From an uncultured Flavobacteriales bacterium (GTDB lineage Bacteria; Bacteroidota; Bacteroidia; CAIKAF01), in assembly GCA_903837495.1 (NCBI GenBank), contig CAILUT010000011.1, positions 1,946 through 65,945 on the forward strand: a stretch of 64,000 nucleotides of DNA, in the 5' to 3' direction. A program made the translations under genes and the position numbers. Positions 41,516 to 52,882 of this stretch are shown here, piece by piece (position 1 is the first letter of the stretch; each line of letters starts with the position of its first letter). The notes under the pieces were generated by a model, which was not told the origin of the DNA, searched no databases, and was given only the letters and a program-made list of their open reading frames with translations.

Positions 41516-41938
41516 TTACCAGATGGAGCGTTGAACCAGATCTCCGGCCTCGTTGAAATACAATTTCAAATGTTGACCGTTGGCGTTCAGGATTGCTGCA
41601 AACTTTAGGGGGTTTTCAGATTGGAACTGACGAACGTAATCCACTTGATACTGGCCGCCGGACCCGGTGAAACCTCTTTCCAGCATTTCTTGGGCTTTAG
41701 CGGGCAGGGCCGAGACATCGGAAAGGGAGGCAATGCCTTGAAATTGGCCATCTAAGCTGTATTCGGCGTAGGAGGGTCCGGAGTTCTTTTTGAAGGAGGC
41801 GACAATTTGATTGCCTTCGTTTGCCCAAGAGGCCTCGCCGCCGAATCGGGTGGCAAAATCATCGAGCGCTTTTTGATTTGTTTGAGCCATGCCCAACAAA
41901 GAGAAAAAGAATAAAGCGAATACAGAGGCCAGTTTCAT
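41516..41938 (-). CDS. small secreted protein, PepSY-like/BLIP-like
   Basis: signal peptide; ASW..EG, YSLDG, SALPAKA, LYFNEAG pattern. Confidence 0.55.
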   Translation of the reverse strand: MKLASVFALFFFSLLGMAQTNQKALDDFATRFGGEASWANEGNQIVASFKKNSGPSYAEYSLDGQFQGIASLSDVSALPAKAQEMLERGFTGSGGQYQVDYVRQFQSENPLKFAAILNANGQHLKLYFNEAGDLVQRSIW

Positions 41939-41955
41939 ATCAGGTATATTTTAAG

Positions 41956-42996
41956 TTAAAGATACGGTAATCTCTTTGAATTTGGTTGCAAGTTTAACAA
42001 GAAATTCATGAGATTAACATTATCGGGGTAATCTTGAAGGCCAGGGCCTTGACTTAGTCCAAGGGGCAGTTGCTTGGTTCCAACGCAGCATTGAAGGGCA
42101 TTAGACTGCAACCAAGCCTCGGGAATTTCAGGTGAAAGAGCATAGCTGTAATGCACCACCGATACGGGGGAAGCCAAGTTTTCTGATTCGGTTAGCATAA
42201 AAAAGCCTGCATCCAGAAAGGGTTTAGCGGCCACCAGCATCACGGCTTTTTGGTAATCGTAGTTGTTCATATATCGGTGGTGGTGGCTTATGTATTCAAA
42301 TTCGGTTTCCCAGCATTTCATTAGGGGTTCAAAGTTAAAATTGTGGGGCAGCAACAGGTGCGAAACGCTGCGGCAGCCTAGGCCATAATAGGCAAAGACA
42401 TCGGAGCCTAGGGCAATCAGTTCGGCATGGCTTTCCTTTCCGGTTAGAATAGCCGCACTGCTTCGGCTGCTGCGTAAAATATGAGGTACATGCCTAAAAT
42501 AGTATTCAAAATATCGATTTGAATTGGCGCTTCCCGTGGCGATCACCGCATCGAATCCGCTGAGTTTCTGTCCTGAAAATTCGACCATAGAGTCGGGCAT
42601 TCCAGCTTGTTGAACAAACCAAGGAAGCAGGGCGGGGTCAGAACTCGACAATTTAATAATGGCCTTATGTCCGCTTAGCCAGACGGCCAAGGCATCTAAA
42701 AAGTTCACCATAGGGATGTTGCCGGCCATGATGATTCCAACGTTTTTTGGCAGCAGGGGCTCATCGGGTATTTTTTCGTCTGAAAGCCATTGCATCAGAA
42801 CCGGAGTGCGAAGCCAAGGGCGAATGGCCGAAACGGCACGGCGTATTTCGGCCTCGGTAAACCAAGGATTGCTTTGCCCTGCGGCGGCGATTGCGGTCGA
42901 GGCCACTGTTGAGTTAGGATCCAAGAATGCGTCCATGGCCAAACCCATGGATTCCAACACCTGCAACCTATCCCTTAAAAGGGGGATATTTTTCAT
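41956..42996 (-). CDS. acyl-CoA reductase (LuxC-like)
   Basis: [41 protein letters not shown]. Confidence 0.88.
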   Translation of the reverse strand: MKNIPLLRDRLQVLESMGLAMDAFLDPNSTVASTAIAAAGQSNPWFTEAEIRRAVSAIRPWLRTPVLMQWLSDEKIPDEPLLPKNVGIIMAGNIPMVNFLDALAVWLSGHKAIIKLSSSDPALLPWFVQQAGMPDSMVEFSGQKLSGFDAVIATGSANSNRYFEYYFRHVPHILRSSRSSAAILTGKESHAELIALGSDVFAYYGLGCRSVSHLLLPHNFNFEPLMKCWETEFEYISHHHRYMNNYDYQKAVMLVAAKPFLDAGFFMLTESENLASPVSVVHYSYALSPEIPEAWLQSNALQCCVGTKQLPLGLSQGPGLQDYPDNVNLMNFLLNLQPNSKRLPYL

Positions 42997-43028
42997 ACTT
43001 TTGCAAATATCTTAAAAGGATTGCTGAT

Positions 43029-43376
43029 ATGGCCATAAAAATAACGGACGAGTGCATTAATTGCGGAGCTTGCGAACCAGAATGCCCAAACAACGCCATT
43101 TATGAAGGGGGCGTAGAATGGAAAATAGCCGATGGAACCTCGGTAAAAGGAAACTTTGAACTGAGAAGCGGGAGCAACATTGATGCCAATTCCCCGCAAA
43201 ATGCAGTTTCGATGGACGTGTATTACATCGTTTCCGACAAGTGCACAGAATGCGTTGGGTTTCATGATGAGCCTCAATGTGCAGCGGTATGTCCGGTAGA
43301 TTGCTGTGTGGACGACGAGGAGATTCGGGAAACCCAGGATCAGCTCTTTGCGAAAAAAGACAAATTGCACCTTTAA
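43029..43376 (+). CDS. 2[4Fe-4S] ferredoxin (YfhL-like)
   Basis: [12 protein letters not shown] and [22 protein letters not shown]. Confidence 0.95.
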   Translation: MAIKITDECINCGACEPECPNNAIYEGGVEWKIADGTSVKGNFELRSGSNIDANSPQNAVSMDVYYIVSDKCTECVGFHDEPQCAAVCPVDCCVDDEEIRETQDQLFAKKDKLHL

Positions 43377-43413
43377 CATATTGGGGGCCGGTGTTTTCCG
43401 TTGTTTGTATAGC

Positions 43414-44283
43414 ATGAAAACCTGGAAAGCCGTTTTTTTCTGTTCGTTTTTTGTTGGCCCCCTTTTTGGACAGGCTACCTATCAAGAATTGCGTCATTGG
43501 CATCAGGCCTCCCTTTCGATCGACAATCCGATTGAAAAATCGAAAGCCCTATCGGAAAGGCTTTGGACAGCTCTGCAGGAACAATTGGAAAAAGGAAACA
43601 GCTTGGTTGCCGACAGCCTTCCTTCCATTTCGCAGGTTGAACTAAAGGCAGTAGGCAAAGTGGTGTACACCTGGCTGACTCGGCACCAGGATTCATTTCA
43701 AACCTGGGGGCTTATTTACGACAAAAAAAGTTTGGAAACCTGGGAACTGCATCCCAACGAATCGGCTGTACTTGGGGAGCCGAGCCAAATAAAAAAGCTG
43801 CTGAGTGGCGGGCATTGGCCGGGCGTCTTGATGTACGAAGCAGTCCCTTTTAAGCGCAAAGGGCAAACCATGTATTTGACCATCGGTTTTTTTCCGGGGG
43901 CCGACAACGTAAGCTACAAGCACTTAGACATATTGTCGTTTGACAAAGCGGGGGCTCCCATATTTGGCGGCCGCTACATGCTTTGGGAGGGTCAAAAAAT
44001 AGGCCGAAAAACATTTCGGTATTCCGCCCAAGCCAGCATGATGTTGAAAACCGAAAAGGGAGGCAAGCGCGTGGTTATGGACCATTTGGCGCCGGCCTCG
44101 CCCGAATTAAAAAATCAATTCGCTTTTTACGGTCCCGATTTAAGCTACGATGCCTTGGAATTCAATGGAGAGGAATGGATTCTTATCGCGGACGTAGATG
44201 TAAAAAACCCGGGCCAAGATTTAGGGCAACCCGGTCAGATTCAACGGTTTGGACCCCAGATAAAACCTCGAAGGCAGCCCTGA
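43414..44283 (+). CDS. conserved secreted hypothetical protein
   Basis: signal peptide from ATG 43414; VVMDHLAP...FYGPDLSYDA C-terminal motif. Confidence 0.75.
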   Translation: MKTWKAVFFCSFFVGPLFGQATYQELRHWHQASLSIDNPIEKSKALSERLWTALQEQLEKGNSLVADSLPSISQVELKAVGKVVYTWLTRHQDSFQTWGLIYDKKSLETWELHPNESAVLGEPSQIKKLLSGGHWPGVLMYEAVPFKRKGQTMYLTIGFFPGADNVSYKHLDILSFDKAGAPIFGGRYMLWEGQKIGRKTFRYSAQASMMLKTEKGGKRVVMDHLAPASPELKNQFAFYGPDLSYDALEFNGEEWILIADVDVKNPGQDLGQPGQIQRFGPQIKPRRQP

Positions 44284-44361
44284 ATCGGAAACAAATAGAC
44301 ATGCCCTTTACGGAATGGGGAGTGTAAACCAAACAGAACTTTAGCTTTATTACCTTTACGC

Positions 44362-45192
44362 ATGGCAAAACTGAAATTAGTTGGCTGTTTTTTAATCGCC
44401 TTTCTCCTAGGCAACAGGGAACAAATATCGGCACAAACCAAGGAAGGTCAGGTAGATTTGGTTCAAGTTTCGGGGTATGTGGTTCGGGCCGATTCTCTGT
44501 ATCCCATACCTTTTGCACACATCATAAATCCAACGACCCGTCAAGGCGTAATATCAGATGGAACAGGATATTACAACGTCTTGATTCGACGGACCGATAC
44601 GCTGGAATTCCAAGCCATCGGATACGAAGTAACCCGATTCTTCCTAACTCCCGAAACACAAACGGCGGTATTTACGTTCAACGCTCTTTTAAAACCGATT
44701 GCATACGATATAGAAACCTACGCATTCAATCAATTTACCTACGATAGGGTCATAGAACAAATCCGAAAGATGGGCGTAACCGAAAATGAAAAATCGCTGG
44801 CCGAAGGTCGGTTGCGGCAGGGTTACTATAGTCCGCGACCCGGTACAGGGGTTTTGTTGTCGGGCCCTTTTACCAAGTTGTATGAAAAATTTAGCCGGCA
44901 GGCAAAAGAAATGGAGAAGTTAAGGGATTTGATGTCGGGCGATGTTATGGAGGCCCAAGCTCAAGCCCGCTTAACCCCAGAAATGCTGGAACGCATCACC
45001 GGGCTAGCTCCCGCAGATTTGGAAGAATTCGTCAAGTTTTGCGACCTTGGAACCGAATTTATTGCCCAGGCTACCACCTACGATGTTATGGTAGCGGTGG
45101 GAAAATGCCACGAAGAATTTTTAAAGGCCTTTCCCGAATTAAGATATACCAAGGAAGACCTAAACCAAAATAAACCAAAAAGTTCAAACTAA
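44362..45192 (+). CDS. carboxypeptidase-like regulatory domain protein
   Basis: SGYVV...PIPFAHI...[10 protein letters not shown]...[22 protein letters not shown]. Confidence 0.75.
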   Translation: MAKLKLVGCFLIAFLLGNREQISAQTKEGQVDLVQVSGYVVRADSLYPIPFAHIINPTTRQGVISDGTGYYNVLIRRTDTLEFQAIGYEVTRFFLTPETQTAVFTFNALLKPIAYDIETYAFNQFTYDRVIEQIRKMGVTENEKSLAEGRLRQGYYSPRPGTGVLLSGPFTKLYEKFSRQAKEMEKLRDLMSGDVMEAQAQARLTPEMLERITGLAPADLEEFVKFCDLGTEFIAQATTYDVMVAVGKCHEEFLKAFPELRYTKEDLNQNKPKSSN

Positions 45193-45193
45193 G

Positions 45194-46186
45194 ATGGCGG
45201 GAACGAACTTTGTTGATTATGTGAAGATTTGCTGCCGCTCAGGGCGGGGTGGAAAGGGTTCGATTCATTTTCACCGCGATAAACTAACCGCCAAAGGCGG
45301 TCCCGATGGAGGGGACGGCGGCCAAGGCGGCCATATTATTTTACGGGGAAACAAGCAGTTTTGGACGCTGATTCACCTTAAATACCGGAAGCATGTTATT
45401 GCTGAACCTGGAGGAATGGGCTTGGGAGCTTTGATGCATGGAAAAAAAGGGGCAGATGTAGTTTTAGACGTTCCATTAGGTACGATTGCCCGCGATGCAG
45501 AAACCGGAATACAAGAAGCCGAAATTACCGAAGACGGTCAAACCGTTATTTTGGTGCCCGGTGGACGCGGCGGCATGGGCAACAATCACTTTAAAACCGC
45601 CACCAGACAAACCCCCCGGTTTGCCCAACCCGGCGAAGATGGCATGGATATTTGGAAAATCCTAGAATTAAAAGTGCTGGCCGATGTCGGTTTGGTCGGC
45701 TTTCCCAATGCGGGCAAATCAACCCTGCTCTCGGTCGTATCGGCCGCTAAACCCGAAATTGCGGATTATCCGTTCACCACCTTGGTTCCCAATTTGGGCA
45801 TTGTGGAATACCGCGATTTTTTGTCCTTTGTTTGGGCCGATATCCCCGGAATAATTGAAGGAGCCTCCGAAGGAAAAGGACTGGGAACCCGTTTTTTAAA
45901 ACACATTGAACGCAACAGCAGCCTGCTGTTTTTAATCCCCGCCGACGATTCAAACCCCAGAAAAACCCTCTCGATATTGCTCAATGAACTCCAGACTTTT
46001 AACCCTGAATTGCTTTTAAAACAAAGGGTGGTTGGAATAAGCAAGGCCGATTTGCTGGACGAGGAATTGATGGCAGAAATGAAGGAACAGCTCCTGGATT
46101 TGAATCCCATTTTCTTTTCCTCGGTTACCGGGCAAGGAATACCTGAATTAAAAGACCGGGTTTGGTCTAGCCTGCACCATGATTGA
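45194..46186 (+). CDS. obgE: GTPase Obg/CgtA
   Basis: [34 protein letters not shown]. Confidence 0.97.
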   Translation: MAGTNFVDYVKICCRSGRGGKGSIHFHRDKLTAKGGPDGGDGGQGGHIILRGNKQFWTLIHLKYRKHVIAEPGGMGLGALMHGKKGADVVLDVPLGTIARDAETGIQEAEITEDGQTVILVPGGRGGMGNNHFKTATRQTPRFAQPGEDGMDIWKILELKVLADVGLVGFPNAGKSTLLSVVSAAKPEIADYPFTTLVPNLGIVEYRDFLSFVWADIPGIIEGASEGKGLGTRFLKHIERNSSLLFLIPADDSNPRKTLSILLNELQTFNPELLLKQRVVGISKADLLDEELMAEMKEQLLDLNPIFFSSVTGQGIPELKDRVWSSLHHD

Positions 46187-46787
46187 ACAGGTTGACAGAG
46201 ATATATTTTTCATCATTAACGGAGCACATCACCCCGTTTTAGATGTATTTATGCTTCTGTTTTCTAACAAATATGCCTGGGTTTGGTTTTATGTACTGAT
46301 TTTAGGAATGGGATTCCGAAAGCTCGGATTAAAAGTGTTTGTTTTCGTTCTTTTCGCACTGGCTTCTTTGTTTCTATCCGATTTTATTTCGGTGCATGGA
46401 TTTAAAGATGTTTTTCAGCGCCTACGGCCCTGCCACAATTTGGATTTTGGACATTTGGTACGGGTTATTAACGGATGTGGGGGGCAGTTTGGATTTGTAT
46501 CTTCCCATGCCGCGAATTCCGCAGGCATCGCCACATTGGTTTCTATGAGTGGAGTTTTGGTTTTTGAAATGCCAATGCAACGAAAATTCCTGTTCCAAGC
46601 ACTCCTGTTTTCGTACCCCATTTTGAATGGGTACTCCCGAATTTACTTAGGCGTTCATTATCCCTACGATGTGTTGGGAGGTTTTGCCCTGGGAACAGGA
46701 ATAGGGCTAATGCTGGGAATGGCCTGGAAGTACTGGTACTTAAGGCATGGGTATCCAACCATTAAAAGTCCGACACCCATGAACTAA
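46179..46787 (+). CDS. PAP2 family phosphatase
   Basis: [26 protein letters not shown]. Confidence 0.92.
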   Translation: MIEQVDRDIFFIINGAHHPVLDVFMLLFSNKYAWVWFYVLILGMGFRKLGLKVFVFVLFALASLFLSDFISVHGFKDVFQRLRPCHNLDFGHLVRVINGCGGQFGFVSSHAANSAGIATLVSMSGVLVFEMPMQRKFLFQALLFSYPILNGYSRIYLGVHYPYDVLGGFALGTGIGLMLGMAWKYWYLRHGYPTIKSPTPMN

Positions 46788-46795
46788 AGGGTAGT

Positions 46796-47941
46796 TTAGC
46801 ATTGCATCAATGCTGCATTTAGGTCTTCCATTAAATCTTCGACATCTTCTACGCCCACCGACAGACGGATCAATCCATCGGAAATACCGTTGGCCAAACG
46901 AACCTCAGCAGGAATGCTGGCATGGGTCATACTGGCAGGATGGGAGGCCAAACTTTCAACTCCGCCCAAGGATTCAGCCAACACAAACAGCCGGGTATTT
47001 AATAAAAAAATACGGGCGTTTTCTGCGCTGTTGTTTTTCAATTCAAAAGAAAGCATCCCCCCAAATCCGTTCATTTGTTTGGCCGCAATCAAGTGGCCGG
47101 GATGTTCGGGCAAGCCAGGATAATACACCTGAGCCACCTTTTGATGGCCTTGTAAAAACTGTGCGATTTGACCGGCGTTTTCGACGTGGGCTTTCATGCG
47201 CAAATGAAGGGTTTTTATGCCACGCAAAGCCAAATAACAATCCATGGGCCCGGGGGTTGCACCGGTGCTTTTTTGATTGAAAAACAAGGATTCCGCTAGC
47301 CGATTGTCGCTGGTTACCAATCCGCCCATAATTAAATCGGAATGCCCCCCAATGTATTTGGTCATCGAATGCATCACCACATCGGCACCCAAAGCCAGGG
47401 GATTTTGAAGCAGGGGGGAAGCAAAGGTATTGTCAACCACCAGCACGATTCCATGTTTTTTGCAAATCTGGGCACAAAGCTCAATATCTACCACTTTAAG
47501 GGTTGGATTTGTAGGGGTTTCTATCCACATCAACCGGGTTGTTGGCTGAATGGCCGCTTCAATTTCAGCTGCGGAAGAGCAGCCAATAAAAGAAAATCCG
47601 ATGCCTAACTTCTCATAGCTTTGACGAAAAAGGCGATAAGTACCTCCATACAAATCGTTCATTGCCACAACGTGGTCGCCGGTTGACAGGGTTTTCAATA
47701 CGCAATCCACCGCACCCATGCCCGATGAAAAGCAAAAACCATGGTTGCCCCCTTCCAGTTCGGCCAAGGCTTTTTCAAGTACGGTGCGGCTGGGATTTCC
47801 GGCCCTAGAATAATCGTATCCTTGGTGTTCCCCAGGGGCTTTTTGAACATAGGTCGAGGTAAAAAACACCGGCGGCATCACAGCTCCTGTTACCGGTTCT
47901 GGCTCATGACCAGCATGCACACAAAGGGTCGATTTTTTCAT
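46796..47941 (-). CDS. cystathionine gamma-synthase/lyase family PLP enzyme
   Basis: YSRAGNP, SSGMGA, ETPTNP, VDNTF, HSMTKYIGGHSD, AESLGGVES. Confidence 0.93.
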   Translation of the reverse strand: MKKSTLCVHAGHEPEPVTGAVMPPVFFTSTYVQKAPGEHQGYDYSRAGNPSRTVLEKALAELEGGNHGFCFSSGMGAVDCVLKTLSTGDHVVAMNDLYGGTYRLFRQSYEKLGIGFSFIGCSSAAEIEAAIQPTTRLMWIETPTNPTLKVVDIELCAQICKKHGIVLVVDNTFASPLLQNPLALGADVVMHSMTKYIGGHSDLIMGGLVTSDNRLAESLFFNQKSTGATPGPMDCYLALRGIKTLHLRMKAHVENAGQIAQFLQGHQKVAQVYYPGLPEHPGHLIAAKQMNGFGGMLSFELKNNSAENARIFLLNTRLFVLAESLGGVESLASHPASMTHASIPAEVRLANGISDGLIRLSVGVEDVEDLMEDLNAALMQC

Positions 47942-47960
47942 ACCCCAAATGTAAAAAAAT

Positions 47961-48497
47961 CTATGGCTGGTATAACAGACTATCCTTGAGCAATGCGCTG
48001 CTGTCTTCTAAAGTATTGTTCAGGGTGGTCAGCACCGAAAGGGCTGTTTCGGCCGCCTGAGCCTTGGGGTGCTCTGGATAGGACTTAACCACCGCCAAAT
48101 ATGAAATTTCAGCCTCGTCGTAATTCAAAAACAACATTTGGTAAACCTGACCCCGCAAATAAAGCAGTTCGGGTTTGCGTGCAAAGGTTGGCATTTCTTC
48201 CAACAAGGTTAAAGCCATAAGGGCAGAATCGCCCTCGTTCGATTTAAAATACAATTCGGCGGCATTGAAAATCAACGAAGGGGCCGAAGAATCGGAAGGG
48301 TAGGCACGGTAGAAAGCCATCGCTTTCTGCGAAAAGCGTATCCACAAATCCCGCTGAGCAGGACCAAACAATCCGTTTATGTTGTCTTCCATGATGCGTT
48401 CCCGCAAGGCCGACAATTCTTTATACTGTTCATTGCGGGCGCTGTCGCAGCCAAAAAAACCCAACACACACAAAACCAAAAGTATACGCAGTACCAT
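47961..48497 (-). CDS. TPR lipoprotein
   Basis: lipobox FFGC; TPR-like YPSDSSAP and YPEHPKA helices. Confidence 0.72.
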   Translation of the reverse strand: MVLRILLVLCVLGFFGCDSARNEQYKELSALRERIMEDNINGLFGPAQRDLWIRFSQKAMAFYRAYPSDSSAPSLIFNAAELYFKSNEGDSALMALTLLEEMPTFARKPELLYLRGQVYQMLFLNYDEAEISYLAVVKSYPEHPKAQAAETALSVLTTLNNTLEDSSALLKDSLLYQP

Positions 48498-49933
48498 TAA
48501 CGAAATTTAACCTTAAATATAAGACCTGTTCCGTTTAAATCAAAAATTAGTTGAATTATTTCTTCAGTTTGGGAGGGTCGTTGCAAGGGTTCATTCGAAT
48601 AAACTCCTTTCCCAAGGTCTTTCCCCGCCAGGGTTTTCCAGCAAAAAGGCGTACCGATGGAAATTCCTGAAACCTGCAATTGATTTTCGGCGGGGTTGGG
48701 ATATACTTTAACTTGAAGGGGTTGCACATCTTCCTGGCTAAGAACGGTTGACAGGGCACAACTTCCATCAAAACCAAACCGGGTTAAAAAGGCTGAGTTT
48801 TGCCCTAAGCTGTGCTCATTGCTTTCGCCTACCACAATAAAGCCCTGATCCCATATTTGCGTATATCCGGCCATTTTTTGGTATCCGTAGCGGGCCGATA
48901 AAGTACCGTACAAAAAACTCATGTACTGGGTTTTGTCGTAGGATACATCCCAACTGTCATCGAAGTAGCGGCTCGACAAGGTGTATTGTACGCCTCCATC
49001 GGCTAAATACCCTGTATGTGAATGCCTTCGCTCTACGCTGCCCGACAATCCTAAATTCAAGCGACCAATGTCTTCGCCATATTCAGCGATGCGCCACAGA
49101 AAATTTTTCCATCGCCCTTGTTCGTCTTTTACATTTCCGCTCAACAACCACGAAAAAGCGCCGGTGGTGCTAATAAAAGGGCAAATTGAATACACCTCAT
49201 CTTCGTCGGAACCGCCCGAAAAAATAGTGGTGTCGGCCGCCAAACTAAAAGGTTGAACCAACGCAGCGAAGGCATCTGCTTCCCCAATATCTCCAGGAAA
49301 AACGGTACCTCCAATCAGCCAATTTCCGGCCGGCCCAAGATGAGCTGCGTTGGGTTGGGCGTCAACTCCGTTGGCCACCCAGGTGGTATCTCTAATCACA
49401 TCTCCGGCATCGGTCATCAACACCAATCGAACATCGCCGCCTCCATCTCCGCTGCTGTAGGTATGCAAAAGCAGCAAAAAATGTCCATCCGCATCGCGAA
49501 AAATACCCCGACCAAAATCCCAGCCACTGCCTCCGAAGGTCATGGTTTTAAGTGTGTCGCCGCTGGGGTTTGCCAATACCAGCCAGGCGTCGTAGCCGCC
49601 TTGGCCAAAGCTGTTGGTTTGACCCAACAAGGCCCAAACGGAAGAATCGGAGTTCCAGACCGAATAATTCAAGGCATCTTGACCTGGCCCGCCTAAGGTC
49701 TTATACCACAATGGATTTCCTAAGGAGTCGGAGCCGGCTAAAAAGGCATCTCCTTGATTGGACTGAACAATGCCGGCAAAAACCAAGCTGCTGTCGCGGG
49801 TCGCAAGCACTGTTTTTCCTGAACTGTACGACTCCCAGCTAAAGGTTCTAAACCAAGTGCTTTGGCCCCAAGATTCCACCGAAAGGCAAGTCCAAGCAAG
49901 CCCAAAAACGACCAAATGTAGGCTTCGAATCAT
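48497..49933 (-). CDS. secreted beta-propeller-like protein with T9SS C-terminal domain
   Basis: W.KT.GG...D repeats, TNSFGQGGYDAW, VYPNPA CTD; ATG at 49933. Confidence 0.8.
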   Translation of the reverse strand: MIRSLHLVVFGLAWTCLSVESWGQSTWFRTFSWESYSSGKTVLATRDSSLVFAGIVQSNQGDAFLAGSDSLGNPLWYKTLGGPGQDALNYSVWNSDSSVWALLGQTNSFGQGGYDAWLVLANPSGDTLKTMTFGGSGWDFGRGIFRDADGHFLLLLHTYSSGDGGGDVRLVLMTDAGDVIRDTTWVANGVDAQPNAAHLGPAGNWLIGGTVFPGDIGEADAFAALVQPFSLAADTTIFSGGSDEDEVYSICPFISTTGAFSWLLSGNVKDEQGRWKNFLWRIAEYGEDIGRLNLGLSGSVERRHSHTGYLADGGVQYTLSSRYFDDSWDVSYDKTQYMSFLYGTLSARYGYQKMAGYTQIWDQGFIVVGESNEHSLGQNSAFLTRFGFDGSCALSTVLSQEDVQPLQVKVYPNPAENQLQVSGISIGTPFCWKTLAGKDLGKGVYSNEPLQRPSQTEEIIQLIFDLNGTGLIFKVKFR

Positions 49934-51186
49934 AGCTTTGGTATCAAAATTCGTTTGCTGACCTGAAATCCTGCCGACAATCCGCGGCCAGCCGCATTTG
50001 GCCAAATGGATTCGGCATTTCGGGTAAAAAGCTGAAAAGCCCAGCCCCTACCTGCATCTACCCCAAAGTTAAGGCCTACCTTCCATAGGCATACTCCCCC
50101 ACCCGATGCACTTATTCCGGCATTCAGCCGCCCTTTACCCAAATAATAAAAAGCCAATTCCACCTCAGGAATTGGCATTAAATGCGGAGCATAATGCACC
50201 TGTGCCTGAAGCAAGGCCTTGTTTTGGAAAAGCCGCCGGCCGTAACCCAGCCGAATTCCAACCGGAAGAACGCTTTCAAAAGACCGCCGTACATCTGAAA
50301 CAATTAAATTAGAACCTATGCTGTCCAATTGTTCTTGGAACAAGGTTTCGCCTACCTCGGCTATATTGGGTACTGCAAAACCCGACCAAACCAGTTCTGA
50401 ATCCAATTCGATTGCCTGGGCTTGCCGATTCCAAAACATCAACCCCGCATCTTGCACCGAAAAGCTCACAACATGTCCGTTCTTATGCTGGTATTCAAGG
50501 CTGCCCCGAAACGAAAAACCCAATCCGGCCGGATATAAAAATGCCGAACCCGATGGGTCCGAAGCCCGAAGCTGAACTCGATCCATGCCCAGGCGGAGCT
50601 CATCTCCGTCCGGGTGGGTGTAAAAACTCCCCCCCTGCATTTGGGCATCTCGAAAAAAACTGCCGTTTACAAAGCCCAAACCAAAACTTAAAAACCAGGT
50701 TGAATTTGTTCGGCTAAAGGCCCTGGCCAAGGAAAAATCAATGGTTTGGTAGTTGGTTAAAAACCCCGACCCCGCATTCAAATCCAAAGTTTGACCTGCG
50801 TAGGGAGCATTGCCTCGACTGATTAACCCAAACAAATCGGCGTCGTAAGAAGCATAACCAATCCAAGAATTTGAAAATCCCAAGGAATGCCTCCACTGCC
50901 CTCCGCCGAAAGCCGAATCCAAACCCCAATATCGAAAAGCCGTTTCCCAGCGTCCGCTGGCGTATCCCTGCTGATCGGCTTGCACCGAAAGCATGTCGGC
51001 CTGGCTGAACGACTTGCCAATCAAAGCTTGAGAAACAAACCAGCCGTTCAGGTGGCTGGACTCAAAATTGCCCTCAGAATGCAAGCTAACCTGCCCTTGA
51101 CTGGAATACCTGTCGTGGAAAAAATCGGGCCTGGCCTGATTCCCAAACCACCCAAACAATGGAAATAAAAAAGGAATGGGGTTCAT
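49930..51186 (-). CDS. putative outer-membrane beta-barrel (DUF5723-like)
   Basis: aromatic, alternating beta-strand-rich sequence; SVQDAGLMFW motif; paired with an upstream lipoprotein. Confidence 0.6.
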   Translation of the reverse strand: MNPIPFLFPLFGWFGNQARPDFFHDRYSSQGQVSLHSEGNFESSHLNGWFVSQALIGKSFSQADMLSVQADQQGYASGRWETAFRYWGLDSAFGGGQWRHSLGFSNSWIGYASYDADLFGLISRGNAPYAGQTLDLNAGSGFLTNYQTIDFSLARAFSRTNSTWFLSFGLGFVNGSFFRDAQMQGGSFYTHPDGDELRLGMDRVQLRASDPSGSAFLYPAGLGFSFRGSLEYQHKNGHVVSFSVQDAGLMFWNRQAQAIELDSELVWSGFAVPNIAEVGETLFQEQLDSIGSNLIVSDVRRSFESVLPVGIRLGYGRRLFQNKALLQAQVHYAPHLMPIPEVELAFYYLGKGRLNAGISASGGGVCLWKVGLNFGVDAGRGWAFQLFTRNAESIWPNAAGRGLSAGFQVSKRILIPKL

Positions 51187-52790
51187 CGGTTAAATCCTAT
51201 GTTCACTCCGGCACGAGCCACCAACCGAAAATCCATGTAATAATGGCTTTTCATCGACACCAAATTGGCTCCGGGCGGGGTGTTTAAAAAAGCTTTCAAT
51301 TTTACAAATGCCGTTTGCTTCAGCACACCCAGTTTGGCCTCGCTTACCTCTATGCTTTGATTAAACGCCACCGCCTGTTCTACAATTCCAGTGTTTGGGT
51401 TGGGTTGCCCGGCAGGAACAATTAAATTTTGAATCAGGGTGTCGAGCACCTGCCTATTGGCATCCAACAGTTCAATCAGCAAACGGGTTTCAAAGGGGAA
51501 CAAGGTTTCGCCCTTTAACCACAGGGTGGCGTTGTTCAGGGCTTTGTAATCGGATTCCTTCAGCGTCCAGGCAACCGTATCGGTAAAGGCCAAATTTTGA
51601 GCCGAAAACTTCATGGGCAAACGGGCATCAATGCTAAACTTGGGCAAGGCATCGGGATATATAAAATCCATAAATCCTGCGGTATTGCCCAAGGGATTTA
51701 TGCTTACATCTACCTCAACCCCAATTTCATCGGGCAGGGCCGATAAAAAATCCAGAATGTTGGAATTTTGGTTGTTGATTTCGTAGGTGTAGGTCTTGGG
51801 CGCGGGTGCTGCTCCGCCGCCCGTCCAAACTGCCCGATCTATCCATAAATTTTTGTTGATGATGTCGTGTTGAAGGTCCACCTGCAAACCGCTCTCGCTT
51901 CGTTCTGCCCAAAAACGCCTTGGCCTTACCTTTAATTCAGCTCCCAAGGTGTTTTCTAACCGCAAAACAACACGGGCTTGCTCAAATTGAACGGCATCGG
52001 CCGACAACTTGCTGAGCTCGGGAATGCGCGTCAAAGAGGCGGGAATCGACAGCTCTTGAGGCAAAAAGGCCCCACGCAACCACAGTGGATCCATGTCTTT
52101 GAACTGGGTGGCTATCGTAAATAAGGCTTGACCTTGCTGCACGTTCAGCGGCTCTTCGCCCGCAGCAATAGAAGGCAGAACCATAATTTCTAGGCGGTTT
52201 GAGCCCTTTAAATCCAATCCCCGCAAATCCAACCTATGGCCCGCCAAATCGAACGATCGGCTCAGGGCCACCGGATTTTGCCCGGGTACCCAAGCCGCTA
52301 AACTCCCTGAAAATCCAATGGCTTGACCATTCAACCTGGCCATAGGAATGCTGTACTTGAAATTCATTTTACGCGGAATCGATGAACTAACCGCAACGTC
52401 AATCCGCCCCCCCTCCATCAATGCCTCCACCATTTCAGCATTGGGCACCATAAAATTCATGTAAATGGGAGGCAGTTGCATGTCGATCCCCGGATAAATG
52501 GTAATGGCCGGATAATCCCAATAAAAGGTATCGTTCACCGCCAGGGTTCGAAAGGCCGACAGGGTATCCAAATTAATCGGAAGGGCATTCCCTTGAATTT
52601 CCAAAACCAACTGCCCATTGGGATCAACAGCCACCGATGAATCTCCCACCAAATTCTGCAAGGTCATTCGGCTGTGCATAATAGGCGCCAAGGCTTCCAC
52701 ATCCCAATCGGTTTCAGAAGGGTTGCAGGCCAAAAGACCAACTAAGATTCCTAAGAATAAGAAGAGCTTTTTCACAGAATAAAGGTACAT
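51183..52790 (-). CDS. hypothetical lipoprotein
   Basis: lipobox LLAC followed by WDVEALAP; beta-rich 535 aa. Confidence 0.75.
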   Translation of the reverse strand: MYLYSVKKLFLFLGILVGLLACNPSETDWDVEALAPIMHSRMTLQNLVGDSSVAVDPNGQLVLEIQGNALPINLDTLSAFRTLAVNDTFYWDYPAITIYPGIDMQLPPIYMNFMVPNAEMVEALMEGGRIDVAVSSSIPRKMNFKYSIPMARLNGQAIGFSGSLAAWVPGQNPVALSRSFDLAGHRLDLRGLDLKGSNRLEIMVLPSIAAGEEPLNVQQGQALFTIATQFKDMDPLWLRGAFLPQELSIPASLTRIPELSKLSADAVQFEQARVVLRLENTLGAELKVRPRRFWAERSESGLQVDLQHDIINKNLWIDRAVWTGGGAAPAPKTYTYEINNQNSNILDFLSALPDEIGVEVDVSINPLGNTAGFMDFIYPDALPKFSIDARLPMKFSAQNLAFTDTVAWTLKESDYKALNNATLWLKGETLFPFETRLLIELLDANRQVLDTLIQNLIVPAGQPNPNTGIVEQAVAFNQSIEVSEAKLGVLKQTAFVKLKAFLNTPPGANLVSMKSHYYMDFRLVARAGVNIGFNR

Positions 52791-52882
52791 ATTTTTTATT
52801 CAGGGGCTCAAGTCTTTGGCAAACGGACAATGCCCGTTTTAAGGTACACCCCTGCATCGAACAGCCCAAAAAAGCACTTTAT

